Shown: positions 1-14,800, counted from the first letter of the stretch. The stretch is DNA of 64,000 nucleotides from Balanoglossus misakiensis (GCA_040954595.2 CM082586.2:3516349-3580348); one strand, 5' to 3'. Numbers and translations: made by a program. The notes: generated by a model not told the origin, from the letters alone.

Positions 1-630
1 ACCCCACTCAGGCGACCACTGTGAAGATGTAAACTGTGGAGGCGAATACTCAAACGCTTTCACTTGCGAGCACGATATTGATACGGCCTGACCTAGTTAC
101 CGCTGGAACCTTTAACCGACTGTTCACCTCACTTTGTATCTCATCTGCCTTGTCATTTCTGCCCAGATAATCAGGCTTGGCATTTTCTGTAGGCAGCATG
201 TGCCCACATCATGACAACCCCCTACCATGTAATCCGATTCAACAGTGACGTGACTCACTGAAGTGTTTGCTTCATATTCGCGCCAACAAAAGCACCACTT
301 TTGCTTATTTCTCCCCATCTTGAAAATACCACTTATGTCAGGACTGTGTTAGCCAGCCAACCACTTGGTGACTGATAGGATATGCTTAGAATAACACTCC
401 ACACTTGTCAGCGAAAAAATGAGTCCACACCATTTCGCTGTGCACATCTCGACTGCATCCCTCAAACAAGGAGTTTGCTTACAAAAATGACTTTGAAATA
501 AAATGACTATTCAGCGATTAGAGTTATCAATTAATTTATTAGTCAGTCAGTCAATCACCTAACCAACCAATCAATCAGTCCAATCAATCCATCAATCGAC
601 ATTGGCACAGTTCAACTGATCTGTACTTAC

Positions 631-3600
631 CCAAGATGCAATGTTCTGACGTGCCTCTCCATTCCCGCACAAGAACTTAGTATCTTGTCGCACCCAGGCC
701 AAGTGCATTTGAAGACAGTCTTGGTACCAGAGCTCTGAAAATACAGCAATATACAATGGAAATAATTAGTTTAAAATACATGTACTGATATTGAATCAGC
801 ATATCTATATGCTCAACAAATACCGTCAGAATTTTAACTGGGGTCAATTTACATATTACTGTCCCAATGTCTGCTAAAAAAAGACCATTGCATAACTTTA
901 TGATGTTATGTAAACAAAAGTCCCTGCTGTGGTAAATGAATACAAAGAAACACAGCAGTTTTTTTTTAGTAGCTGCGAAATAATTCTTAATAAAATGTCA
1001 CCTTCCTTAAGAAACGAGATTTACTCGTAATTTGATTGTCAAGTCTCAATGTGGGTCAATCCCAACCAACGGAACACAAAAGGAGTTAAACAGGGTAACA
1101 ACTGATGAGGCTGTATATTTTTATGTGTACTAAATGGGACTGTTTACAGATACTGCCCTCTTTTATGGGAGCCATTTCAAACTTTGCTGTTGTTAGAACG
1201 CAACAGTGTAAATCAAACCACAGCTTATAACCCTAACTTCACCACAACTTTTCATTTTGTCTGAAAACAGTCTGAAATCAGTCAATTATCATAATGCAAA
1301 GTAAAACTGATGGTAACCCTGATAGAGTATTCATAAAGAGACAATTTCATTGGCAAGGCCAGGTCAGTAACACTGATATGATTTTGTTTACAGTAGTGCA
1401 GCCATTTTGACCCATCCTTCACTTCCCAGCCACAAAGCATATTGATCTGATTATTGTGTCTACATCTTTTCCTATTGTTTGAGAATCACACCCAATGTTT
1501 GAAAGTTTTGTTTTATTCAAGGCTCTGACGACAGCCAGTCAATATTTATTGTCATATTTAGACACATCCCACCAGTAAATCCCCTTGAGGTCAATTCACG
1601 GTTCACTTTAGCAGAAATTGGACTATTTCCAATTTTTGTAAAGGAAACCTAGACGACTGTTTTGCTGCTTTTCAATTTCTTCATCATGTCTTGTTACGAC
1701 TTGTTCAACACATCCCAGTAGACAAGTTGGGCAAACCTATTTGGGTCCCGAATGGAATTTCGAAATGTTCACACGAATCATGGTGGGAATTTTCCAACAG
1801 GCACTGGCTGTAGGAACATTGTGTCAAGGTTAGGTTGCCACATATTCCAAATGGTTGATGGGGAATATACCTTTCAGAAAGTTCAACTTTTTTAGTATGC
1901 ATGTACATGTTGGAACTATAAAAGCTCAAATAAAGCAACACGTTTTCAATAGTTTCTATTATTATTCAATGACCTCCCATAATTCTTCATGAAATTGTTG
2001 TCCTCAATTAATTTTTTTTAATTAACAAAACAGTATGTTTGATCAATTGCCAGTACTGGCAAGACTGGCACTGAAATCCAGTTCCCATATGGATGCAGTT
2101 GTGTCGCGAATGCCCAACCCTGTTTTTTTTTTCTATGCCGGCTTTGCGCCGGCCGGCTTTTTCTGCCCTCATAAACCTCATTTGCATACAATTTATTATT
2201 CAAAATAGGTGTCATGTGACACCACCTATGAAGCCTTAAAACGAGGTCACCACACTGTATGCCTGTGTAAATCATCAATCAAACTGGACCACTTGTAAAC
2301 AGGCCAGGGCTGTGCCATTTGACACGGGGGTCCACAAGGTGGAGCTTGAGGGGTCTCTTTTCACTGGCTCCGTGGGGTCTGAACAAACATACGATTCCGA
2401 CTACGTGACTTGAATCGGTGATGTCCGGAATACAGCCCGCTTTTTTTCCCTCGCTCCTAAAACACTTTTAATAGAAACCGGGACTTCAATGTCTCATCCT
2501 CAGACCAGGCAATCATTTTGGAAACGAACAATTTGGGGAACAACGATTTTTATTTCAGTTTAATTAATTGGCATAAACATGGACGGCTCAGCATCCTTGA
2601 GTGAAGAGCATTGCTATGGGCAGCCTATAAATTTCAGTGTGCTGGGACAGAGGCCTCTTTGTGTACTTGAGTCAACAATACTTCAATATACTCCGAGCCC
2701 TAACGTTCATATGCAAATCAGATGCAAATAAAGACCCAAAGGGGACAAACAAAACCAGTTATTAGCGAAGGCATTACTTTTATCGCACGCAGGTCAACAA
2801 GTGAATGCCCCTCTTTTTTCTTTCACTCCATCTTAACGAACGAAAGCAATTGATGTATTTCGGCAATGCTCGCAACGCAATCCATAATATAAAGTAGCGT
2901 CCACATCCTGTCCATGGAAAAACACTCGGCGCGTGACGCATGACGTCAGCACGCAAACCCATTCTCACTGGATATTCAATGAATTATGATTTTCCGACAA
3001 AACCAAGCGCACCGAAACAAATAGTTTCCTATTTGCTGACACACAGCACGTGCATTCACGAGGAGTGTCGAATTCAAAATGCGAGATGCCTCCTGATTAC
3101 ATCTTAACATGTAAATATTCAGTGATATAAAAAATCTTCACAACGGTCCAAACGACCATTCATTGTGCAAGGACAGTCGGACAACACATTTAAGAAAACT
3201 CATCGTACTTCATTATATCAATCGATTTCTATACGCTATCAGAGTGAAAAAACTAGCCGCTTTTTCACAACAACATCAGTTTGCACAGGTTCGCAAAATG
3301 TAAATAACACCAGCACGCCCAATAAAACAGCCTCTCCCTCTGTTACCATAGAACCAACGTATGTAAATGAACCTGCTCCAAGGTTAAAAGTTCACTAGCA
3401 ATCTGCTGACCATTTGAACTCGGTCTTTCTCGCTCCCCCTGTGCTGATAAACAATAAGCAAAAAGGCTGAACTGGCATCCCAAGGGTGAAAAAAATATTC
3501 ACATTAACCAATTGTGCAGTTCTCACAATTACAGATTCCAATATAGAGTCTCCTTTTTATTTCGATGCGAGTTTGAATTTTTATCTCTTGCTTGTCATCG

Positions 3601-6600
3601 CTCAGTGACACCACAAATATATTAGTGTCCTTGTTAGCTATCATCCGCTATCATGAATAATGTGATTAGAGATGATTTTATTGATATGCTGAAACTGTTC
3701 AACAACAGTTTTACTGCTCAAGGCAAAATCTTGCCCCCACGGCTGTTTTCACACTCGCTCTCTTTCTCTATCTTTCTCTCCTTCTCTCTCCTCATCTCTC
3801 TATCTCTGTCTCCCCCTCCCTCCTAACTTGGAATATATTTCTACATCGCTCATCTTTACTGCCTCTTTAAAGTGTCATTTCTCAGGAATATCCTCAGCCA
3901 GCTACATCATTTTGTGATTAAACTTCATCATTAAATCATACTAGGATTAAACATTTTAAATTTCCAATTTAAATATATCCAGATAATATGCACAATTTTT
4001 CAGTTTATTTTTTTCTATGAATTTCAGATAGAATATAGGACTTAACATGTGAATACTCATCACTTTCCAATAAAAGCTTTTGCTCACCAGATCCCGTGAC
4101 TGTCGTGTGACTGTCTTCTGGTGTCACAAAAAGTAAATACACCGTAATCCGGCAAATTCAGGAGAGGGTGGGGGGACACTTGGGGACAAAACAAGTCACA
4201 ACAAAGAAACATCACATGTTCGTAAATAAGCCCTATTCAACTTGAATAATATTGACACCGATTAAAAGCGACGGATAATAAAATCTGCAGTTGGGTATTA
4301 CCCGCGAGTACCTGCTTTATTTGGTTATGATCTCATTTGAAAACCTCTACGTGTTGTTTTTCATGAGTTATGGCCCACTTGGCAGAGAGCCAAGTTTCTG
4401 TCCCCGGCTTTTCAGTTAACTCTTTTAGTTTGCATCATCCTGCTCTATGCATACGTGTGTCGCGAACCCTCTGCAGGCAACCTCACTGGTAAACAAGGTG
4501 CCTCGCACTATTTCAGAGGGGGTGGCAAGCTGCTGATTGGACAGGCATCTATTTAGTTCATTGGATGACTCCATTTCTGATAGAACAGACCCAATGTGAC
4601 AACAATTTCACACATTAGCACATCAGTTACTTTTCATTCGGTACGTCAAACCATGAAAAGGGATTTTGCCTTTTGAAAAGTTCCACCATCTGTGATCAAA
4701 ACAATCTTTTCCTAAATGCTAAAAGTGACTTCTAATACAAATTCCAACACATAGTCATACAGCAGTAACTTTGCACATTTGAGAAATATGCAGGGCAACA
4801 TTCAAACCATCTAAAATGAGGTTCTTTTGATGAGCAATTCTGAGCCAAAAGAGGAAGACTGTTTGTTTTTCTGAAATGAATGTATCAAAATGGATTTACT
4901 GGTTGGATAGATGGATGGATAGCTATCTGAATCTGCCCAGTTTCTTGTACATACCTTCCTTTTCCTGGGAACGGGTTCTTCAAGCAATAGATAGGCATTC
5001 TCAATGACGTCAATCCCCTCGTCGGACACGTTCCCCTGGCTGCCAAATGCCGCCGGGTCCACCGGTGTGTTCTGGGGTGTGTCAGAGCTGTGGGGTGGCG
5101 ACGGGCTGCCCCTGGACCTTGAATCCCAGCTGAAGTGGCCACTAGAGCTCGGACTTGTAGATCCCTCCGTCCAACAGCCTTCAAAACTGAGCGGGCTCAA
5201 GGGAGCTTTTTCTGCAAAAAAAAACAAGTCACATTACAAACACATTCATTAAATTAACACACGCAGATGTATGCAATCACTATTTTTTTTAAATAATTTA
5301 ATTGACTTCTGATCAAAAACACAGAGCAAGGCGCCGCCGCGTTCAAACACGCTCAGTCAGGCAGCAAGCCATTTCTATTCATCAGAATTTAACTGCATGG
5401 CCACAATACGGTGGCCCGCAAAGAAATAGAATACGCTTTCAATAGACTTTTCCTTCCGTACTAACGTGCGGAATTTCTCAAGCAGCACTCCCCTTTGTTG
5501 ACTGAAAGATCCCGGTGGGGCAGTGCAAATACAACAGTCTCTGACTCTTGACAACAAGACCAGTTTGCTTTTCATTACACATGCATACAGAATATCGACA
5601 AATAATTTTATTCCTACTGAGGCACATCGTCCCCTCTTTCATCTCCTTGTGCGTGCGTGTTCACCGACGTGTTTCGGTGACTTCGCAGCAGTCAAAGTTC
5701 GCCCTGGGGCCCCGACTGCTCGTGTGTGGAGTGGGCCCTCTTTCAGTTCAAGCTGTTTACATCGCCAGCAGGGCCATGTGTACTCCTGGGGTTGCCTTTC
5801 TCAATGTTATCCACACACATCCCAGAATTCCTGAGCGGGTGATTTGGACAATGACCGTGTGTAACCCCCCCCCCCCCCCTCCAGCAATCATTAACAACTT
5901 CTAAGTGGATCGACAAACTATTACAATTACACGGCCAACCACTTAATTTTTTTTTGGCAGGCTAGAAATTCACACCTGCTTTAAAATCGCACTTGGAGTT
6001 CATCTAATTGCCGACTTCACACCTGCTGGTGCAAACATCTCCGATAATTTGGGCAGACGGGTGCATTTTAGATGGTGTGAATTGACACCTGTACTTCGAC
6101 ACGTAGGTACACTGTTGTCAAGAGGGGGGTCATGTTCTAATACAAAATACCCTACATGTCACCGGGTATCGTATAACACTACAATGAAAGGTGACAAATG
6201 TCAAACAATGCCCCAAAAACAACTACTGTGCTCACTCAGAACCTCATATTGATTTTTTTTAACTTTTAAATGAAAGTAATGCCTCTGTCAGTGCTTACAG
6301 TACTTTTGAAGCTAAACAAAATTTATGTCATTATATATCTTTCTCTCTGTTTTGACTGCTACTAGGTTTTCTAATTCATTTCTTAAAAGACAGTAAATAG
6401 TTTTTGTACGCCAAGGGTCCTAACCTAAGCTGACTGCTGACCCACTGAGGACATGAACAGCTGTTTGTGTTAAGAAGTCTAGCATATAAATTAAAAGCCA
6501 ACAGGAAATTCCTGTGGTCTGCCCAGCCAACACTAAACAGACTTCTCTGAAAACCAATCCTGATAAGACTAAATATACCAGGCAGTTTACGCAGGCAGAC

Positions 6601-9600
6601 CGCAACAAACAATCTGACCAAACCAGACTTGAACAGCCCAGCCAGGGCCAACGATCTAGTAGAAACAAATGATACAAGCACTGCCTTGCTGGGGTGAGCT
6701 TCGAGTTTTAATCCTTCGGTGAAACGTTCTGGACCACTGCCAGCGCAGCAGGCTGCACCCCGGTCTGAGAGAACCCACCAACGCACGCGGACCACCACTA
6801 TTCTCTTCACAGGTGGGACAGCACAGATTACGAGGGGTCCGCCAATTTTATTTATTTTCGGCTCTATCCCCCAAGTGGCACGTTACCGTTCATTAACATA
6901 ACAATCAAGTTAAAGCGGTCAATGGATTTGGACACAATCAATCACTGGCCTTATCACCTGTACGGGCCAATGCACGTAGCCTTGTTGAGGGATGCCAAAA
7001 AATCATCAACAACAAGCTCAGCGTCGGGACCCGACACTCTCGTAAACCCTAGATACCAAATGATCCAGAAACTCACTCCAACTGTGACAGACAGAAAATA
7101 TCACATCAATGTTGCAACCACCGCCCCAACAAATGAGCCAAAATCTGAATAAATTTACGGATCTCAGTCAAAATGCACCAATTAGCATATAAATTATAAA
7201 TTTTAATTTTTCCACATAAATTTATGAATTTTTGACTAAGATTTTTTTAAGGATTATTTTCTATTAGCAGGAATCCAAAAACTGAAAATAGCTCTTAAAA
7301 AGTTAAGCTAACATTTTATAAGTATGTCAATGGCTACTAAATTAATTTTTTTATAATTAAAATTAACAATAGTCATGATAAACACTTCTTTGATTTGAAT
7401 TAAATTGTTAATTTCAGCAAAAGTTTTCTTCAAATGGTCAACTTGCCAATGCAGGTAAACAAAAAGTTCAACTCCCAAAAGGAGTGGCACAATTAGACCA
7501 TATTTCACTCTTTTGACTTTGTTTCCCAACAGAAAAATTTATCACATCATAAAACGGTCCTGTCTCGTTAAAAGCTTTCGCAATCTCTAACTTGAACATT
7601 TGGCAGTTCACAATTCACGTGGGAATATATTGTGCAACTCTCGGGAGTAATTGGGAAGTGGATCTGACAAGTACCTGTACTGTCCTTCCTCTCTGGTGTC
7701 TTGACAACAGGGCTGGAGGAGAGACTGGTCAGAACCATGGCTGCCATCACTTCATCCATGGTCGCTTCATCGTCACTTCCCTGTCCGGGAAACGCCATCG
7801 CTTTACTATTCAGGCCCTTATTCAATTCTCTGAAATAAAACCAAACAGACACGTTAACCACAAACCCAAACAATGAGCATTAATACCATATAAATACTTT
7901 TATACATAAAAAATATATTAAGATATATAGGGAGTTCCCACATTCATACCAACAGAATTTTTTTTTTACGAAAAAAAAATTAAAACAGACCTATTTTTAT
8001 CCAGACTTATCAAAAGATCACGATTATAATTTTTCCTTCGATGCCTTCCGAAAAACACATTTAACTTTCCCATCTGAATGCAGTGAACTAAAGTGCGTGT
8101 TGCCTGTCTGAATAACCGGCGTTAACTGTTGCCGCTCCTATCAAATGATGTTGTTTAAATAGCGGCACCGGGTCTGCGCAATAGTAATCCCGGGGTTCTG
8201 CGCACACACTCAGTTTTGTTTGCCACTAAAGGCGTGCGCGCTCACTCGTACGCACACTTCCTGTTTGCGGATTGGCACCCCTACTTTTTTAATCGCCGGT
8301 ACATACGTATGCGTCGTGGTCGATTTGGAAAACTCTGAAATGAAACGCCGGTTCGATACTTACGCCGGAAAAAGAAAACTATTCATATGCGACAATAAAC
8401 ATAAATAATTTATTCCCTTTCGATTCAAAAAGAAGGTCAAAGGCGCGTTTCGTCATATTTTTATTTGCTATATGAGTTTTTGTCGATAACAATTGACCCT
8501 AACCTTCGAATACAAGGCTATGCAAAGCAGTCGGCGTTTTGGTAATCGACATTTGCATCATCGTTATACATAGAAACTTACAGGGGGTCGCCGGCCAAGC
8601 CAAGAAGTTATGAAGTTAGAAAGCAGAAATACTTTTACGTTTACCGCACAATAAAATACTGTGTTGTGGCCAAGCTAAATTCCAAACCGCCCGCCCACAT
8701 CAACCATCAGCAGCAAGACTTGGAAAGTACCGGCAAACTAGCAATATGAGTATGTCGAAAAAGAATTATATACAATCAGCATTCTCTGATTTTAGTAGAA
8801 TTTTCGGAATTTGAGCCTGAAAGAATGCTGAACAAGTTTTTTTAAAGTCGAAGCCTCACAGACTTCACAATTTTATTCATAAAGCCAAATTTAAGTTTTC
8901 TTCTGAGGTCATCCACCGGTCAAAAGTCCACGGCAACCGGTCGCTTGTCGTGCGGCCAATATTCCGCACCGCTATCTGATGTTGTGGTTTTTATGATGCT
9001 GTCAAGCCATTGTTGACATTTTCACACTATCCACGGGTCGACAGGTTGAAATCCTGCGTAGTCCTATCGCGGTATTGTCTGGCGATAAACATGCGATGTA
9101 CATGTCTCATTTATTATGCCGGTTACTGTACACTGTACGAGCAAACAACGAACGGTAATAGAGACGGCCCAGCTTCATGACCTACTTACGCTCGCTAGCG
9201 CAAAAAAACGGCAAATCTCGGAATTTTCGCAAATTTTCAAAGCCGTTCAGTTTGCCTTCAGTAAGCTGACAAGTGTCCGCACATCGGTGTTACATGCGAA
9301 AATTTGAAGCCTGGACATTTGAAACACCGCCGATAAGTTACTTTTCGGATATGGACTGGAAATGTGCGCATGAAACTGACGAGCGAAAAATGTAAACAAA
9401 AGTGAAAAATGTTACAAAGTGGTCAATTTGTATCCAGTAATGGCATTGAAACCAACAAGCCGCTAGTAATGGACAACCTAGCATACACTAGAGTAAATTT
9501 CACTAAAATTTCAAACATATCTCACTGGACAGCCTGGTTATCGAAGCGGCGCTTAATTTTTGCAGCCCAAGCAACGAACAGAGTGGCCATGTGGTTCGGT

Positions 9601-10140
9601 TGTTTTGATTTTTGAATGAACGGACGACAGCTAGAGGAGACACACATACCTTGGCGGGACTTCAATTTCTTGCGAAGTCGCTCTCTTCTTCGGCTCCGGA
9701 CACATATCAGCCAATTTCAGGTAGTCAGTCTCGTGGTCCTGCAGCCGGGCCGACTTTCTACTCTCAAGTAGCCGGACCTCGTCAATTTTTCTCTGGACCA
9801 ACGTTTCGCTATCGTCGTTCATTTTGATGAAAACTTCATCCATCGGCCGGCGGTGTTTTTGGACAAGCCCGCCGACTTCTCTGCTTCCCAGTGTGATGTA
9901 GACCTTCTGGTTGAATTTCAGCTGCACGCTACACACATTGGAGAAGCCGGGACCGATAATTTCGGAGTCCCTGTACTCCTTCGAATACCCGTCATCAAAG
10001 ATAACTCTGAACACTTCCTCGCCGTTCGGCTTAGTCTTCGTCTCTTCGATGACGCCCGGATAGAAAATTCCGTCAGGCCACGGCGCACAAACTCGTGTGC
10101 CGACAATCGACCTTTTCGGCAACCGCCTTCCTCCGTACAT
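631..10140 (-). CDS. ZNF704: ZNF395/ZNF704/SLC2A4RG (Glut4EF)-family transcription factor, 5' part. Coding exons 10140-9650, 7829-7675, 5211-4955, 734-631; the 3' exons lie beyond the left edge
   Basis: Exon 1 starts MYGGRRLPKRSIVGTRVCAPW, matching the family N-terminus (RRLxKRS..G.RV, DUF4772-like). The ORF-track start at 10158 is GTG; the ATG is at 10140. Exon 2 holds the conserved CR1 motif DEVMAAMVLTSLSSSP. Exon 3 is Ser/Pro-rich with SDEGID and ends EEPVPRKRK. Exon 4 encodes the single C2H2 finger FKCTWPGCDKILSSCAGMERHVRTLHLG. All junctions are GT-AG and phase-compatible (2,1,0). The symbol denotes the family; the gene is probably co-orthologous to ZNF395/ZNF704/SLC2A4RG. Confidence 0.92.
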
Positions 10141-10289
10141 TATGCCGGTATCTGCCACAACTGACCGGGAAACTCTCGCTTCAGAACTTCGAAACCGCTT
10201 GCTTATCTTCGTCCGTGAATTGTGAACCCTCGCAACTGCAAAAAGCCGCTAGCCGGTGTTTTTCACTGGAGTTGTTTTGATTCTAGCGT

Positions 10290-10385
10290 GCATTTTGTGG
10301 GCGTGTCCCCCAGTAAATTTACCGGCGTTGACGTTCCCCAACCGCAAGAGAACGGGCCTCTGATTGGCTCATATATTTAATCCCC
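10290..10385 (-). promoter_or_regulatory. Putative proximal promoter of the ZNF704-like gene
   Basis: GC-box-like GGGCGTGTC near 10299, a CCAAT box (GATTGG on +, ~10362-10367) and an AT-rich TATA-like stretch (~10371-10380), 150-240 bp upstream of the ATG. The TSS is unknown. Confidence 0.4.
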
Positions 10386-11775
10386 TTAATTCATGCATTA
10401 GCTTGACAGAACTCTGTCACGTCTAAATACATTTCTGACAAGCACTGATGAACGATCTAACAGCGCCGAAATATACTCTGAAACGAGCCCTTTCACCATT
10501 TTCTCATTCAGGACAAATTCCGCCTCTTTCTTCTAATATTTTGTGCACAAGGCCTAATTCGCTGGGCTGTCGAACTCCTTGTCTCCACTGCTTTCAAGAC
10601 GTATAAGCATTTGTCAAACAACAAAAGGCCCACCCATCCAGCCAACATGGCGCTGAGGTTAAAAATTGGACGGGGAATTACCTCCTCGCATCACGCGCCT
10701 AAAACTAGATCTCTGTGGTCGATTTGTGACACTGCGGCCCTATTTTTAGTCAATTTTCGTGCAAGATTTGAATTTTACTTCGTTGAAGATCACTGCTTCC
10801 GCAATGCTGTCGAAGAGTTCGCCCTTCTACTGTTTGTACCGCCCATCCCCCGGCAGGAGCAGCGATACCTGGTGCAACAGCAACAACATCACGTGATGTT
10901 TTGCAGAGCGTGGGCCTCGATGCGTGCATCACCCCATTCATTCAGGCTGGATCAAAAACTCGCCAGGTCGTAGTCGAGTCGTAATGTATGTATAGCTGCA
11001 TACACCCTGACGACGTGTTATACGTGCTACCGGAAGTATAACGGGAGGTAATCGATCCGGTCAAGAACAAACAACTGTGCACATTTCACAAACCAACCGA
11101 GGTCTCAGAAAACACACACAGCTATTTCTAGCCTACTCCCTCAACAAGGATACGATTGTTTAATCGTTCATTGATGAACATGACTGATACACCATCCTAT
11201 CATTAATCCCGACAACCTTCATCAAAACACAACGTGAACTAGATCTATAAAGAAGAGCCAAACTTCTAAACGTCAATAAAAATACCGGAGCAGGTAGAGA
11301 TTATGAATTAGCCATTGTTTACGCTCCAAAATAAAATGTGCTTGAGTGCACAGTGGGGGTTACACAACATTGTGACACCGATTTATCATTTGCCCTAATT
11401 AAGCTACTGGAAAAAACACTTATACTGGCAGAGTCGCAAATACGTGAAAATTTAGTGAAGCGGCTAAAAATGGCACAATTCACGTAAATATTCATGAAAG
11501 ATAAAGCTTCCCTTTAATTATCTGTATCTCATCAAGATTGTACTTCAGTTACTCGAAACCTCAAATCAACACGTGTACTGAGTTTCGCGTAAAATTACTC
11601 TCCGAAGTAAAATAAAAAAGTCACGTATTGGAACACAGCTCTTGATGTCATGGTTGTACGTGCGGGGAAAACATAACATGTATTTTATACTCCGCTTACA
11701 CTCTTTCACACCAAAACGCAAACAACATTGTAATACACTAAATATTTTTAAGTAGAGTAATGTGTGTGTATGTGC

Positions 11776-11776
<1 letters not shown>

Positions 11777-11812
<36 letters not shown>
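11777..11812. repeat. (GA)n microsatellite
   Basis: Read directly from the sequence. Confidence 0.95.
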
Positions 11813-11816
<4 letters not shown>

Positions 11817-14800
11817 TTATACTAGTACCCCGAATATAACGGTGGGAGCTTGGATGCTTTCGTCTTCGTTTTGCCACTCAATATGCAATGTATTTGCGGC
11901 GGCGCACCACAACTCACCACAACCTTCAAAAAGCTGCATGATAAAATCATGTAAGACAGGCCTGTATGCTTTGTTGCCGCTAGGTTTGGCCAAGACAACT
12001 TGGAAAAACAATTTCCAGCCACAGAATGACTGTAACTGACACTATAAAATTTTCTTTAAAAGTTCGCGCGCGTTTTAAATGCATTTGTAAAAAGTAACTC
12101 TACCATCAAAAGAACCATGGAGGTACCTTCATGAAAGAACAAACGTTTTCAAGGTCGATGAGAGTGGTGTTTACAAGTTACATAACAAATTCCGGCTAGA
12201 TAAAACGTAAAACACTTCCATGGAAGTACGCGCATGCGTTGTGGCGTCCACGTTTTGGTGTCAGAGTTGGAGTGGACATTGAATTGACTGTGTTGCAATG
12301 AGCACAGTCAGTCCGTTTAACCCAATAGCATGGATAATAACCAGGTTACGTGTTAACTTCCTTCCAAGTAGGTCGGCATACGGGGCCTCGGGGATTTCGT
12401 CCTAGATTTGCAAAAGTTGTATACAGATGATGACCAGTGCAGTACATCCATGCAAGCAGCGCATACCGCCACAATCTTCTTTTCGCGTTAAAGGGACATC
12501 GTGCCATCTGCGCTGCTCCGGCTACTAGTGCCGATGGCCTTTTCTCTTGTCTTTGTCTATTTTTGTATCGGCCAAGAACACGAAGAAAGGACACATGGTT
12601 AGCCGGTACAGTCTCCATAACTAATGTCCCGGCTCGTAAAACATCTCTTGGCCAGCGAATAGGAGGCATTTGTTTTGTATTGTTCAAAGGAAAGGCTATT
12701 CACAGCACAGTGGCCTCAGCCCGAATAGAAACTATACAACAAAACACTACCAAATAAAACAAAACAATTCTGTACCAGAAGTTGTAACGCGTCAGCGAAA
12801 AATCTTTATCAACACCAATATCAAGAGTTTAAATTTCTATGGGCGAATCAACGAGCACAGCTTTTCACTTAGTTCTCCACAAAAATGTCAAAATAACAAA
12901 TTTACCCCAATTATATTACCGGTTCTTTTTATTAGTCGGAGGTTGCCATATGTCATCTTGTGTTAACCTTATCATTTCGAGTTGACAGCATAATTTGTTT
13001 TTATAACTTATTGCCATGTCTTTCACTATAAACGTCATCCTCAATGTTTTGACGGTCATAGTTGCACCGACAACAGCTAGTATGCCGAGCTCACGGGAGA
13101 AAATAGACGAAATGTAGAATTTAACAAAAAACGACAACTCAAGGTTTTGATGTTCGATACATGTCACGCAGACAAATGAGTTTTATCAGTGGGGGATGTC
13201 GTACGAAATTGAAATAAACCGCGACCTACTGGGAAGAAGATATCAAAAATTTGTGATTTATTTCGATCAATATTAAACATGAACGTCTAACATTTACTCT
13301 TGCTTATAACTGATCAATGTGTTACGTTTTAAGGTTTCTGTACCCGGAAACATATTTACATGAAAAATAGTGATGAGCTGACCGAAATATGAACCAAATA
13401 GCGATGACATCACGGTGAATACCTAACAGTTATCTGTTACACGCAAGCTGTGTGTGTCAAGACATATATCCGGGGTCGTTAACCGAGAGGGCAGTATAGG
13501 CATCTCATCTGGTTCGTGACCGATAATGTGCTTCTCGCTTAGCAACGGGTTGTCATGCAGTATCTCTGATAATACTTGGGGCGTCTACAGCAGCTGGTGG
13601 TTGGAAATGCGATGGACATTTGTCAGCGGGCTCATTCTGCTACGGGCAATCTTCATAAAGTCAGAGCGATGTTGGATTTTATTCGGTCACTTTTCTAGCC
13701 GTTTGGGAGGCCGCCGGAAGCACTTTACTGAAAGTGGTTCGATTTCCTGCTTTACTTTCTATAAAAATCGATTCCGTTTAATTGATTTGACCAACAGGTG
13801 GTCAAAGTCCACTGATTGAGTGAACTGCAACGGTTCGATATTTTATTAATATGGCCTGGATTGTGTTAACCGCCTAAGTGTACGTGTTACACGTGTGCAT
13901 TTGCACAGAACTGAACCCGAACCACCCTGCTTTTAAAAATATATAGTCAATTTTTACGAGATCACAGACAAGGGGTTCGTCTCTGTGACGAGAGGTCAGG
14001 AGTACAATGGTGCCTGTCTTTTTGACTTTTTCCTGGGCATTTTCCTGATTTCAACAATATTTATCATCATCACCCTCAAATCCTGAGAATCCAATGCTAC
14101 CAAACAAATACGCGACTGTGATTTGTGTCACGCAGATTCAGAGGAGCAGAAGAAAGAAACTGACGAAAGGAAACAAGTATAATTGTGCAATTTGCACATT
14201 TCTTATTCATTCATTGCGAAGCCGGTAAGTCACGCTGTTGGGGTCACTGACACACACATCAGCTGAGCGAATCTAGTTTGTATACGCGTTCACGGGCCGA
14301 GCGTTGGCATGCCGATAACAGACAGAGACAGTGCGATGACTGCCCCATATACTTCTACTTATCGACCAAGCGGTCATTCACATTTTCAGAATCGATATAG
14401 CGTTCTCTGCCCATATGATGATTTAAAAACACTTCCTCTAAAAATGTATACATATCATTTTGACATATGTATTGTATGTTGTTTCGTGAGTCACTGGATT
14501 CACTCATCATTCAGGAGACTAAACTGGCGAACATGCAAGGGAAAGAAGTGGTTATGTGCGCAAGTACACAGGTGGTGGAATGTTGGTAGGGGTGGGCAGT
14601 TTTGCATATAACAATGTGTAGCAGGTGATATGAATGTGTTTTGTGGAGACATAGGGAATCTCTGCTAAATGGGTATTAACTCAGAATCCAAAAACATGGT
14701 TCTTCATTTCATATAGCGATTAATTTGTTCTCCTGTGGCGGTGTAATTCGGAAGCCCCGGCGTGCGCACGCATATCTTTACCCGGTCCCGGGCGAGTGTA

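Noticed and set aside
124-318. Possible next exon of the ZNF704-like gene
   Set aside because: It lacks the expected acidic EEFYY-type motif that follows the zinc finger in this family; the next exon probably lies outside the window.
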